A DNA stretch of 64,000 nucleotides from NCBI RefSeq assembly GCF_018350175.1, contig NC_058373.1:104162001-104226000 (forward strand). The letters run 5' to 3'. Source of the DNA: Felis catus. Its lineage: Eukaryota. Position numbers and translations under genes: made by a program. Positions 26,401 through 39,600 of this stretch are shown one piece after another. The notes under the pieces were generated by a model. It was given only the letters and a program-made list of their open reading frames with translations. It ran no database searches and had not been told where the DNA came from. Within the stretch, counting starts at the first letter, position 1. Every line of letters starts with the position of its first letter.

Positions 26401-29400
26401 CCTGTTGCACAACATCCAAAAAATAGAGATTTGCATTCCTAGAATCTGAAGAAGGAATTCCTAAAATTGGAAGGCATGTATGTATTAGAATACACTTGAA
26501 GAAATTCATCTTGCTAACTGAAAAAATGAATGTGATATTATGAATAAAAGCAACTGCTATTTTAATAAATCAGCAATGATTTTTGTGGACAGAAAAGTAA
26601 AATTAAGCTTAATAATAAAATTAATCCTAAGTTTTTACACGCAAAGTTTCACCATCTACTCAGTTTTCATTATTTGCTGAGATAAACAAAAAATACATCA
26701 ATAAATGAATCATCTTGGTCTGTATCTTTTCTTTCCTACTCTCTCATGCCCAGTGGTTCACATGAGCCATGAACCACTTCCACCATTTTTCTTATAACAA
26801 GGCCTCATTATCTCAGTTAAAATAATTTTTTTGTTACTTTCCTGGGTTCAAATCACTTTATCTTTTCTGTTAATATATTGTTGCCAGAGTAATATATTTA
26901 AATTTACACATTTCACTCATCTTGCTCTCTATTATTTCCTCAAAAATATTCAAAGTCTCCTCGTTGTCTACAAAAAAATTCTTGATTTTTCAGCATGCTA
27001 TTCAGGTGACTCCACATGCTGACTCCAAAAAAGAGAGCTGACCTCTCCAGATTTCAGATTCATCTTTTTTGTAAAAGAGCAATAGATAAACTCTAAGATA
27101 CATTCTAACCTTAGATGTCTATGTTTCTAGTGAAAATTAAGAAGCATAATGGGCTAAGGAAAATATTCATACATGAGAAAATAAAAGTTAAATACCTAGA
27201 ATTCTTTACGGGATGATGATTTTTTTTCAAAGTTTTAAAAATGAAAACAAAAGGGGTGCCTGGGTGGCTCAGTTGGTTAAGCGTCCGACTCTTGATTTCG
27301 CCTAAGGTCATGATCTCATGGTTGTGAGACAGAGCCCTGCGTTGGCTGCATGGAGCCTGCTTATGATTCTTTCTCTTCCTCTCCCTTTGCCCTTCCCCCA
27401 CCTGTGCACATGCTTGCACACGCTCTCCCTCTTTCTCAAAAAAAAAAAAAAAAAAAAAAAAAAAGATACGATAAAATCACCAAATAGTAAGAAAACTAAA
27501 GACTCCAACACAAACTTAGAAAGAAAATTAAGTCAGTACACATGTAGAAAATACCAATCCTTATTATTAATGGAAGATACAAAAGGTAATATTTATGTGT
27601 GTTTTCAACCATTAAATTAAAGGTTTTTAAAGAATATCCAAAGGCACCTGGGTGGCTCAGTGGTTGAGCATCTGACTCTTGATTTCATCTCACATCATGA
27701 ACCAGCAGTATGGGACTGAGACCTGCCTCAGGCTCTGTCCTGAGCATGCAGCCTGCTTAAGATTCTCTCTTCCTCTGCCCCTCTCCCTCACTCATGTGTG
27801 CGCTCTCTCTACATAATTAAAAAAAAAAAAATCCCTTTATTCTAAAAAAATATTCAACACTATGTAAAGAATTAGTACAATCATAAAGGTCAATAACAGT
27901 GTAAATTACTGCAAAAAAAAAACCCCTTTTGCAAAACTGTATATGTATAGAAATTTTGAAATTGGTAACACACTTTGTGTGTGTGTGTAAACTCTGCCCT
28001 CAACGTGGGCTTGAACTCATAATTCAGAGATCAAGAGTCATATGCCCTACCAACTGAGCCAGCCAGGGGCCCCAGGTACCACACTCTGAACTGCTAATTT
28101 CACTTCTGGGATTTCATACGAAGAGAATAATTCAAAATAAGGAAAACACTCTAAGCTCTACAATGTTCACTGCAGCATTATTTATATTACTGAAAAGATT
28201 CAAGATATCTAGAAATAGGGGATAGTTATTAAGTAATATAGTAATAAAGTTTATTTAACTTTATTATATATATGCATGACAGAATTGTATTCTATCATTA
28301 GAAATAACAGCAGTAAATACTAACTAAATGGCTGCATGGAAGAAAGTTTATGAATATAAGAAACATTCTCACCCCTAAGCCCTTCCAAACTGTGAATACA
28401 TACAACTACTAAAATGAAGATGCTAGATTTCCATATGAGCTTAATAACAGATCCTTCATACCATATGGATTCAAATTCATGTTATCTTTTTTCATTATCT
28501 TCTTTAATCTTCATACCTTTGAGGTATTATTACCCAATACAAATTGCCACATTAAGTCATTTGCAAATGGCAAATGTTAAATACTCGATGTCAAGATCTG
28601 CTGTAATTAGGGCACCTGGCTGGCTCAGTTGGAACAAAACATGTGACTCTAGATCTTGGGGTTGTGAGTTTGAACACTACGTTGGGTGTAGAGATTATTT
28701 AAGAAAATGAATAAACTTAAAAAAAAAAAAGAGTCTGCTGTACTTAAGTTAAAAAAAAAAGCAGGCTACAAATGTTTATCTACATCATGAGAGCAAATAA
28801 AAAAATGGGTAAGAATAAACCACAAGGTTACTGAATTATGGGTAAGTATGCTTCAATGTTAAAAACTTTATGAAATGATGTGACATACAGTCAATAAACA
28901 TTTTTGAGCATCTACTATGTGCTTTCTAGGTGCCAGACAATAATGGTGAATAAGACAGATTAAGATTCCTAGCCACAAGAGCATACATGCTGTTCTCTTA
29001 AAATACTGTCTCCAAATTCTCAATTCACTCCTTCACCTCATTCAGCTCTCTGGATCATGTCTCCTCAGACAGGCAGTCTCTGACCATTCTTCCTCAAAAA
29101 AAAAAAAAAAAAAAAGCCCTCTGTTCCTGAATTTCCCATCCCAATTCCCCAACACTTCTCATTAACTCTTACTCAATTTTACATTGCACTTTCTAGTCAT
29201 TTGTCTATCCTTTCCCTGAGATTGAAAGCTCCACGAGTGCAGGAGTAGGCACTTAAAAGGTATGTGTTGAATTAATCAATTCTGGTTAGTGGAGGCAGAT
29301 GTTAACATATGAAAATTTCATTGCAAGAAGTGCTATGAAAAACATTAATTCAGTGACGAAATAATGAGTTACTGGACTGGGAGAGGTGGGCTACATTGGC

Positions 29401-32400
29401 TAGTGTGATCAGCAAAGGACTCTTTGAGAAGATGACCTCTTAGTTGAGATCAGAGGTTGAAAAGCCAGGCATTGAAGAGCTGAAGGAAAAGGATTTGAGG
29501 GATAGGGAAACACCAAGTGCAACAAGCCTGAGTGGGAAAAAAGAATGAAGGCCAGAGTGGCTGAGGTAGTGAGAGGAAGTGCAATATGAGATGTGGATGA
29601 ATACATAAGAGGAGGACAGATCAAAAGCCATGCTTTTGTGAAGTCTGTTATTATCTTCCCCCTAAAAGTAACAGGAAGTTACTAACGGGTCTTAAACAAA
29701 GAAATAATAATCAAACTGACTATTATGTGGAGTCAGTACTGTGCAGAAGTGAGAATGTACACAGAAAGGCCAGTTAGGAGTAGACAGAGATGATGGTATG
29801 TATGTATATATGTATGTATGTATATATGTATGTATGTATGTATTTTAAATGTTTTATTTATTTTTGAGAGAGCGAGTGAGCTAGGGAGGGGCACAGAGAG
29901 AGGGGGACATGAATCTAAAGCAGGCTCCAGACTCAGAGCTGTCAGCACAGAGCCTGATGCGGGACTCGAACTCACAAACCATGAAATCATGACCTGAGCC
30001 GAAGTCAGACGCTTAACTGAGCCACCCAGGTGCCCTGAGATGATGGTATTTACATTAGAGTGGCATCAGTAGACCTTGAGAAAAAGTAGATGAATTTGAG
30101 TTATGTCTGCAAGTATACTAATGGGATTTGCTGATAGACTGGCTATCAGCATTCATGAAAAGGAAAAATTATGGCAACTCCTATGTTTGGGGCCTGAGCA
30201 ACCCATAAATAGTAATACCTTTCAAACACATGGAGAAAAATGGGAGTCAAACAGATTTAGATGGAAGATAAAGAGCTTCATTAGGCCTATGTTATATCTG
30301 AGATGCACAATAGACAGGTGGAAAGTTCAGAGGCAACTGGATTAATGGGACTGGGATTTAGGGAAGAAGTCATTATTACCCTATGAATACCAGTAAACCC
30401 AAAAGACCAAAAGCAAAAGAAAAAATTTTAATATGAATTCATTTCTTTCCAGGCTTATTTTGGAATATTTTTCTTTCTACACCTTATATTACTCAATTGC
30501 CTCAACAAGAATTGCTGTCATCCTTATTTCTGCTCCCTTGACATTTTATAACCTATAGCATTGTATTACAGTCTGCCCATATGCTGCAGTAACTTATGTA
30601 GCTTGCCCTGCCCTGCTTGATGTAAGAAATATGAGACAACTGTGTCTTTGTGTAACTTTCAGCACCTGGAAAACCCTTGCATTAAAGAAGCTCAAAAAGC
30701 ATTATTCATTGCATTGAACTGAATTTGATGTATAAAGTTGAATATATATAAAACAATATTATGCATACAGTGAACTAAGCATGATTAAAGAAATTTAATG
30801 CAAATTATAAGACAAATAAATATACTTACCAGCAAGTCCTGTTTCCAAAGCATAATCGATATGCTCAATACATAAAAATTCCACAAGAATGGTAAAAATT
30901 CTAAAGGCATTCCTTGGTAAATCAGAAGGATCAGAAAGCTTTAAAAAGAAAAACCAAACACATTACTCCTCAAGTCTATCTTAAAAAAAAAAAAAAGCAA
31001 CTTTTTTTTTAGCAATCAATTTTGTCTAAGATGTAGCCAGTGTTCAGATATCAAAATAACTTACACTCCCATTCCCACCCCCAATGCCTCTCTCACATAC
31101 ATAGACATATAGTTATAATGCTCCCTATTTGTCTACAATTCTCCTGGCTTAGACTAGATCAGTGTTTTTCTCACCTGGATTGCAATCCATTAGTGGATTG
31201 TGACAAGAAAGAGAGGAGAGAAGAGAGAATCAATAGAAAATGAAGTACAATGTACATATTAAAACCAAATATAGTTTAATGAGATGCACATACACGCAAA
31301 ACATAACACATACACAAACATACATATAACAAATGTCCCCTGGGCTGCCATGTAAAATCCACTTCCTTTTTTTTTTTTTTTTAAATGTTTATTTATTTTT
31401 GAGAGAGACAGAGTGAGTGGGGAAGGATCAGGGGGACAGGGGGACAGAGGATTTGAAGCAGGATCCATGCTGATAGCAGAGAGTCCAATGTGGGGCTCAA
31501 ATTCATGAACTACAAGATCATGACCTAAGCCAAAGTCAGATGCTTTAACTGAGCCACCCAGGTGCCCCTGTAAAATCCATTTCTTATTGTAGGTTGTGGT
31601 GAAAGAAGTTCCAGAGCCACTAACTTTAACAAAAGCTATTCTAGCAAAACTCAAAATAAGGATTCTTTATTCTACTGGGGGAGGAGATGGGGAAATCAGT
31701 AGCTGATGCGCTAAACTATGACAGGCTCAAATCCCAGCTTCATCACTCCCTGGTTGAGTAAACCCTTAAGATGTTATTTAACCCCACAAGGCCTCACTTT
31801 CTCATCTGTAAGGTGGGAATACTATTAGCAGTACTTATATCCTAGTCCAGAGGTGAGAATAAAATACCAAAATGCACATAAAGTATTTTTAGCACAGTGT
31901 TTGGCACACAGTAAACTCCCAAGTGTTCATTTTGCTGTTGATGTTGCTGATGGTTACTCAGTAAAAGAATTATTAACGTCACAGTGAGGAAATGAAATCT
32001 CTATTTAAAAAGTTAGAAAATTACCTCTCAACTTCTTATAACTGCTTCCTGTATTGTTTATCAATTGATTGTTGCCTCTTTGTAGTCTCCATTCACGTAC
32101 CTTTCTCAGAGTAATGATTATCATCTGATATAAAGAGGGGGGAGTTGAAATACATAGCCCACTTTAAAAGATCTATTATAAATACTGATTTGATATTACT
32201 TGATTCCCTTCCTGGTCTTCTTAATACCACTCCCCAAAGTTTATTCTTCACTACTCACTCTAACCACAACCTTCACCTCTCTTCTTTGCTCACTGATGCT
32301 CAACAGATGCCCTTAACTAGCTATAAGTTAGAAAGGTCTCAAATCAATGACCTCAGTTTCCACCTTAAAAAACTAAACAAAGAAGGGCAAATGAAACCCA

Positions 32401-33310
32401 AGTAGGTACCAAAAAAAGAATAAAGAGTGGAAATTGATGACACACAAAAGAACAGAGAAAAATCAAAGATACCAAAAGCTGATTCTCTGGGAAAATCAAT
32501 AAAACTGATAAACCTCTAGCTAGACTGATCAGGAAAAAAAGATACAAATTACCAATATCAAGAATGAAAAGGTGACATCACTATATATTCTACAGATATT
32601 AAAAGGACAATAAGGAACTATCATGAACAACTTAATCCCAATAAACTCAACAATTTATGTAAAATATACAAATCCTTAAAAGACACTACCAAAGTTCAAT
32701 TAAAAAGAAATAGATAACCTATTTCTAAGTCTATTCAAGAAGTTGAATTTGTAGTTAAAAACCCTCACAAAGAAAACCGCAGGCCCAAATGACTTCCCTG
32801 GTAAATTCTCCCAAACATTTAAGGAAAAAATAATACCAATTTTATACAAACTCTTCCAGGAAATTGAAGAGGAAGGATTATTTTCCAACTCATTCTACAA
32901 GGCCAGTATTACCCTGACAACCAAAACTAGACAAAGACATTATGAGAAAAAAGTATATGTATTAAGTCAATATCCCTCATGAACACAAACACAAAGATTC
33001 TTGACAAAAGTTCAGCAAACCTAATCCAACAAAATATACATGGGATAACACATGGTGAACAATTGGGGTTTATCCAAGAAAGGCAAGGTTAACTTTTGGA
33101 AATCAGTGTAATTCAGCACATTAACAAAATAAAAAGAAAGCATGTGACAAAATACAACACCTAATCTTATAAAATTACTTAGAAAACTAGAAATTAAAGA
33201 ATTTTGTCAATCTGATTAAGAGCATCTGTGAAAAACCTACAATTAGTATCATACTTAATGGTGAAACACTGAATGCTTTATTCTTTTTTTTTTAATGTTT
33301 ATTTTTGAGT

Positions 33311-33351
<41 letters not shown>

Positions 33352-36300
33352 AGGGAGGGGCATAGACAGAAGGAGACACAGAATCCGAAGCAGGCTCCAG
33401 GCTCTGGGCAGGCAGCACAGAGCCCGATGTGGGGCTCGAACTCATGAAATATGAGCTCATGACTTGAGCCGAAGTTGGATGCTTCACCGGCTGAGCGACC
33501 GGCTCAGCTTCACCGGCTGAGCCCCCTGAATGCTTTATTCTTAAGGTTAAGAATAGTACACAGTGTTTATTCAAACTGCTTCTATTTAACACTGAACTGG
33601 GGTTCTGAGAAATGCAATGAGGCAAGAGAACAAAATAACAGGTTTTTATACTTGAAAGGAATAAGTAAAACTGATTTTATTGGCAGACAACATGATTGTC
33701 TATTCAGAAAATCCTGTGGAATCTACAGAAAAAAAAAAAACTATCAGAACTAATAAGTGAGTTTAGTTAGGTTGCAGGTATAAAATCACCATATAAAAAT
33801 CAACTGTTTTTCTATACACTAACACAGAGTATCAAAAATACAAATTAAAAAAATACTACTGACATTACATTAAAATAGCACAAAAAATACTAAACACTCA
33901 GGGATAAACCTTGTGTGCTAAGAATTAGAAAACATTGCTAAGGAAAATTAAAGAAGATCTAAAAAACTGGAGAGATATACAATGTTCATAGACCAAAAAC
34001 TCAATATTGTTAAGATGTTAATTGTCCACAAACAGAACTACAGATCCAATGCAATCAAAATCAAAATTTCAAACTTTTTCCCCTGAGACTGACAAACTGA
34101 TTATAAGACATATGAAAATATTAGAGGACTTATACTACCTGACTCAAGACTTATAGTGATCAAGACAGTGTAGTCTTAGCACAAAGACAAGCAGGTCAAT
34201 GGAACAGAGTCCAGAAATAGATCAACATATAAACTCTCAAATGGCTTTTGACAAAGGTTCCAAAGCATTTGGTGGAGAAAAGATAGCTTTTCAATAAATA
34301 ATGTTTAAACAGTTGGATACTAAATGCAAAAAACAACAACAAAAAACCCAAAACAAAAAAACCCCACCTCTGATCCATGCATCACATGACATGCATAAGT
34401 TAACTCAAAACTGATTAAAGACCTAAATGCAAAATCTTAAACTATTAAACTATTAGAAGAAAACATAATAGGAAGTCTTTGTGTCCTTGGGTTAGGCCAA
34501 GATTTCTTATATATGATACCAAAAATTCTGATACCATCCATAACAGAAAAGTGTTAAATTGGATTTCACCAATATTAAGAACTTCTCATCATCCATATTT
34601 CATCAAATGAAACACTACTGTTAAGAGATTAAAAAGACAAGCCACAGACTGAAAACATTTGCAAATCACATATCTGATAAATGAAATGTAACCAGAACAC
34701 AGAACTCTCAAAAAATAAGAGAACTCAATTTTTAAAATGTACAAAAAATACCTCAAATATATACAAATAGCAAATAAACACATGAAGACAGTCAACATCA
34801 TTAGTCGTTAGGAAAATGCAAACTGAAATCATAATGAGATATCACTATCCACCATTAGATTGTCTAAAATTAAAAAGACTGATCATACCAAATGTTGGAG
34901 GTCATGGGGAAGCAAATGCAACTTTCACATATTGCTGGTGGGATGTCAAATGAAACCACCACCTTGGAAAACAGTATGGCAGTTTCTTTAAAAGATATAC
35001 CACATGACTCACCTGTATTACTACTAAGTATATATCCAAGAGAAATGAAAGCTTATGTCTGCATAAAGACATATGCATGAATGTTCACAGCAACTTCATT
35101 CATTAATAGTCAAACAATGAAACCAATCTGAATGTCTATCAATAGGTAAATACATAAACTGTGGTATACTCATGCAAAAACATACTACTCAGCAATAAAA
35201 AGGAACATAGTAAAAAATATACACAACATGGGTGAATTCTTAAAGAATCATGCTGAAAAAGCCAGAAACACATGTACATATATTCTATATACCATTTATA
35301 AAATACTATATTATAATACCCTATATACCATTTATAAAAGAATTCTAGAAAATTAATCAACCTCTCGAAGACATCCTATTTGGCTTTCAAGACTCAGTCC
35401 TCAAATGTCGACTTCTTTTTGAAAATGAATCTACAGTGACATAAAGCTGTTCAGTCTCATGCAAATGAGAACAGAAGTGGAGGGAAAGGAAAGGGAGATT
35501 ATAAAAGGACAAAGGAAACTTTTTGGGGTACTGGATCTGTTATCTTGATTGAAGTTATAGCTTCAGAAATGTAGATATAACTTATCAAAGTTATCAAATC
35601 ATGTGGTTTAAATACATGCAGTTTACTGAATGTCAAAGATATCTGGAAGTTATTTTTTAAAAAAGGAAAAAAAGGACCAATTACACTGCCCTTTTTAATT
35701 TTAATATTTTAATTTTGTTTAAATCCAAGTTAACATAGAGTTTAACAATGGTTTCAGGAGTAGAATTTAATGATTCCTTACTTACATGTAACACCCAGTG
35801 CTCATCCCAACAAGTGCCCTCCTTAATGCCCATCACCCACTCAGCCCACCCTCCCCCACTCAACACAGCTCCAGCAATCCTCCGTTTGTTCTCTTTAAGA
35901 GTTTCTTATGGTCTCTACTTCTATTTTTCCATCCTTTCCCCTAGGTTCATCTGTTGTTTCTTAAATTCCATATATGAGTGAAATCATATATTTGTCTTTG
36001 ACTGACTTATTTTGCTTAGCATAATACTCTCCAGTTCCATCCATGCTGTTGCAAATGCCAAGATGTCAGTTTTGATTGCCTAGTAGTATTCCACTGTATA
36101 TATACCACATCTTCTTTATCCACTCATCAGTCGATGGACACTTGGGCTCTTTTCATAATTTGGCTATTGTTGATAGTGCTGCTATAAACACTGGGCATTT
36201 TTTTATCCTTTGGATAAATACCCAGTAGTACAATTGCTGGGCTAGAGGGTAGCTCTATTTTTAAGTTTTTGAGGAACCTCCATACCATTCTCCAGAGTGG

Positions 36301-36618
36301 CTGCACCAGCCTGCATTCCCATCAACAGTGCAAAAGTTACACTGCCCTTTTTAATTAACCTTTAAAGCTTCCATCATCAACTACAAGGTCAAGTCTAAAT
36401 TTCTAAGCAGAGTACACAAAAAGTTTCTGTCTACATTTTCAACTTCCTTTTTTATTACTCTCCAATGTACATTTTTATTTCAGCATTTTATGCTGCACAG
36501 CCAATCTTTGTGTATGTCTTTTTTTTTTTTTTTTTTTTTTTTACAGGAAGAAAGCCATTTGACATCCACCAAGGATTTATTTTTATTTAACATTTTTATT
36601 TATTTTTGAGAGACAGAG

Positions 36619-36663
<45 letters not shown>

Positions 36664-39600
36664 AAGCGGAGGGGGGGCAGAGAGATAGGGAGACACAGAA
36701 TCCAAAGCAGGCTCCAGGCTCCGAGCTGGAGCACAGAGCCCAACAAGGGGCTTGAAGCCATCAACTGTGAGATCATGACCTGAGCCAAAGTTGGACGCTT
36801 AACTGACTGAGCCACCCAGACAGCCCTATGTATGTCTTTTTATATGTAGTATTCTCTCTGCAAGAATTATCTTCTTGTAGATATCCTATGTAGCTTTCAA
36901 GACTCAGGCCTCAAAAGTTCCCTTCTTGTAATCTTTTATAAAAAATACTCTTCTTCAATTCCTTCACCAGGCAGAGCTGGTTGCATCTTCTTTGGTCCCA
37001 GCAGGATATACCTACTTTGCACTGATTCTTTATATGCTACCTCCTTTCTCCACACTATTCGAAAGTAAGGTATATGTCTTTCATTTATATCCTCAATGTC
37101 TAACATGGCAGCTGGTACAAAGTAAACACATAATGTTGCTGGATCAGAATGCACTGAATTGAACTAAATTTCTATCTTGTAAGTTTCCAGACAAAGGTCA
37201 TGATTTAGAGCTAGTTACTGTGACTCAAACAATATAATGTTGACAGTTTCAAGTTCGATGATCTTTAGAAGTATTTTAACCTATTTCCAGCATTCAGAAA
37301 ACTAGACACAGTAATTTACCAAATATATCCATAACCCCCAGATGTGTCATATCTTAACATTTTTCCAAATGTACTTCAGATCTGGGGGGTGAGGGGGTCC
37401 TACATTATAAATATGGATACAGTCCCTTAGGTACTCCTCCTTCATGGCAACCACTATCCTGAATTTATCATGCCTATGCTTGTCCACATCCCTAAACGAT
37501 ATAGTTTTACTTTTTAAAAATTTATATAGAGGTATTATACTGAATATATCTTTTCCCCATCTTGTATTCAACATTGTATTTCTGAGATTTGCTAATGTTG
37601 ATACATGTAACTCTAGTCATTTAAATTGTTATATAGTTTTCTAGTGTATCAACAATGTCAGTTTATCAATTCTCTTTTTGAGGCACACTTAATTTGCTTC
37701 TAATTTTTTACCATTATAAACAATGTGGCACATATACCTATTAGTTTCTCTAAGGAATTCTCAAGTTACTATCCAAAGTAAAGATACAATTTTTATTCCA
37801 ATGGCGCAGTGTATGAAAATATCTATTGCTCCCCATCCTTACCAACACTTGATATCATCAGACTTAATTTTTGCAGACTGAATGAGATACTATTTTCCCT
37901 ATTTTACGTTTCATTTTCCTATTAGTGAGAGTGAAAATCTTATTGGTAATTTGCATTTTCTCTATTTGTTTATGTGTAGCCTTTGTTTTCTATTGATTTA
38001 TGTGTGTAATTTATACTGATTTACCGTCTGTCAATATAAAATATATAAACCATATACACATCAATACAAATAAAAAATTAGGATGGTCTCAACTCTCATT
38101 TCCACTGCTTAAGAGGTACATATCTCAGTTTCTTCATCTGTAAAATGGAATAAAAACCTCACAAGGTTGTTACAATGATTAAATGAGTAATGTATACCTA
38201 AAGTGCTCTGAACATGGTATGTGCTATACAATTATGTGCCACTATTATTTGTTTCACATAATCTTCTGCTAGTAATACTAGCTATAAATACTTCTTGCAG
38301 GCTGTGACTTATCTGTTTACTTTGTTAAAGTGTGTTTGTTGGAAAGAAATTCTAAATTTTAATAGAGTCATCTTTTCATTCTTTTCCTTTAATACCTGGG
38401 TTCTTAAAACATCCTTCTCTCTCTAATGCTCTATATTTTTATAAGATAGTTCTAAACCTCCCTTTCATGTATTGATTTAATATCTTACAAAAAAATTTGG
38501 TATATTCAACTCGTAAAATTATATTAAAATATACTTCTAAATAACTTTAAAAATAATTCTGTTCTTCAAAACAAAAACTCTATCTTTATTACAAAAAATA
38601 GTTGTACCTAACCAGATAGCAGATTTGTATCTTATTACAAGGCAAAAATTAAAATACACAACTATATATAAATAAAATAAATTTACAATTACTCTTACCC
38701 TATGACATCTTTCAAAGGCTTGTTTGGTTTCTTGTAAAAGATTAACCACCACTTCTTGAGATAGGAAAGTTTCCCCATGAGTATCGATACTTGGCCCCAG
38801 TGGTAAGTTAGTACGTTGTCTAATTCTCTCTTTCAAATCTTGAATACTAATGGATCATGACAAGAAATAAAAAGAGAACACTTTATTATACACAGATTTC
38901 AATTTCAAATGCTGTTCAACTTAGTACACACCAACAAAGAAAAATGGACTAACTGCCAGGAGACCTAAAAGTTCAAATTCCAATAAACTCTAGTTCTATA
39001 AAGTGAAACAAGCCTTAATGTCTACACAGAAGACTTTCATCTGAAAAATTAGTATATTTGGAGTTAGGACTTTTAAAGTCTTTTTCAGCTCTATAATTCT
39101 GACTCAATAGCCAAAAACTCCTTATTTGGTTTCCTTAGCAAGTGGACTATTCCAAATTAGTTAAGATAACTAAATGGTCCTTCTTAAAATAAACTTTAAA
39201 AATGTAATGCTTTTTTAAATACATTTAACCATTTTAACATACTTCTTATTTCTTCATTATTATTAAATAAGATATATTAACCATAATATAGCTTTTCTTA
39301 ATGATTGAGTAACCAGTCACTTTGAACATTTATTATACGGTGGTATCTTTAGGTTAAACTTCTTTTGTTCCTAGAATACCTAACTCTGGAGTATTGTGAA
39401 TATTTTTTTTTTTTTAAAGTAATCTCTACACACAATGGAGGGCTCGAACTTACAACCCTAAGATCAAAAGTTGCATGTTCCACCAACTGAGCCACCCAGG
39501 AGCCCCAAACTAATTTTTTTTTTTTTAATTCTCATGGTTGTTCTTTAGTTTTTTTCTTCCCTTATTTGCTGCTGCCTTTCAGATGTCACTTTTTTTTTTT

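Noticed and set aside
35285..35339. Repeated ctatataccatttataaaa
   Set aside because: A local tandem duplication inside a decayed L1.
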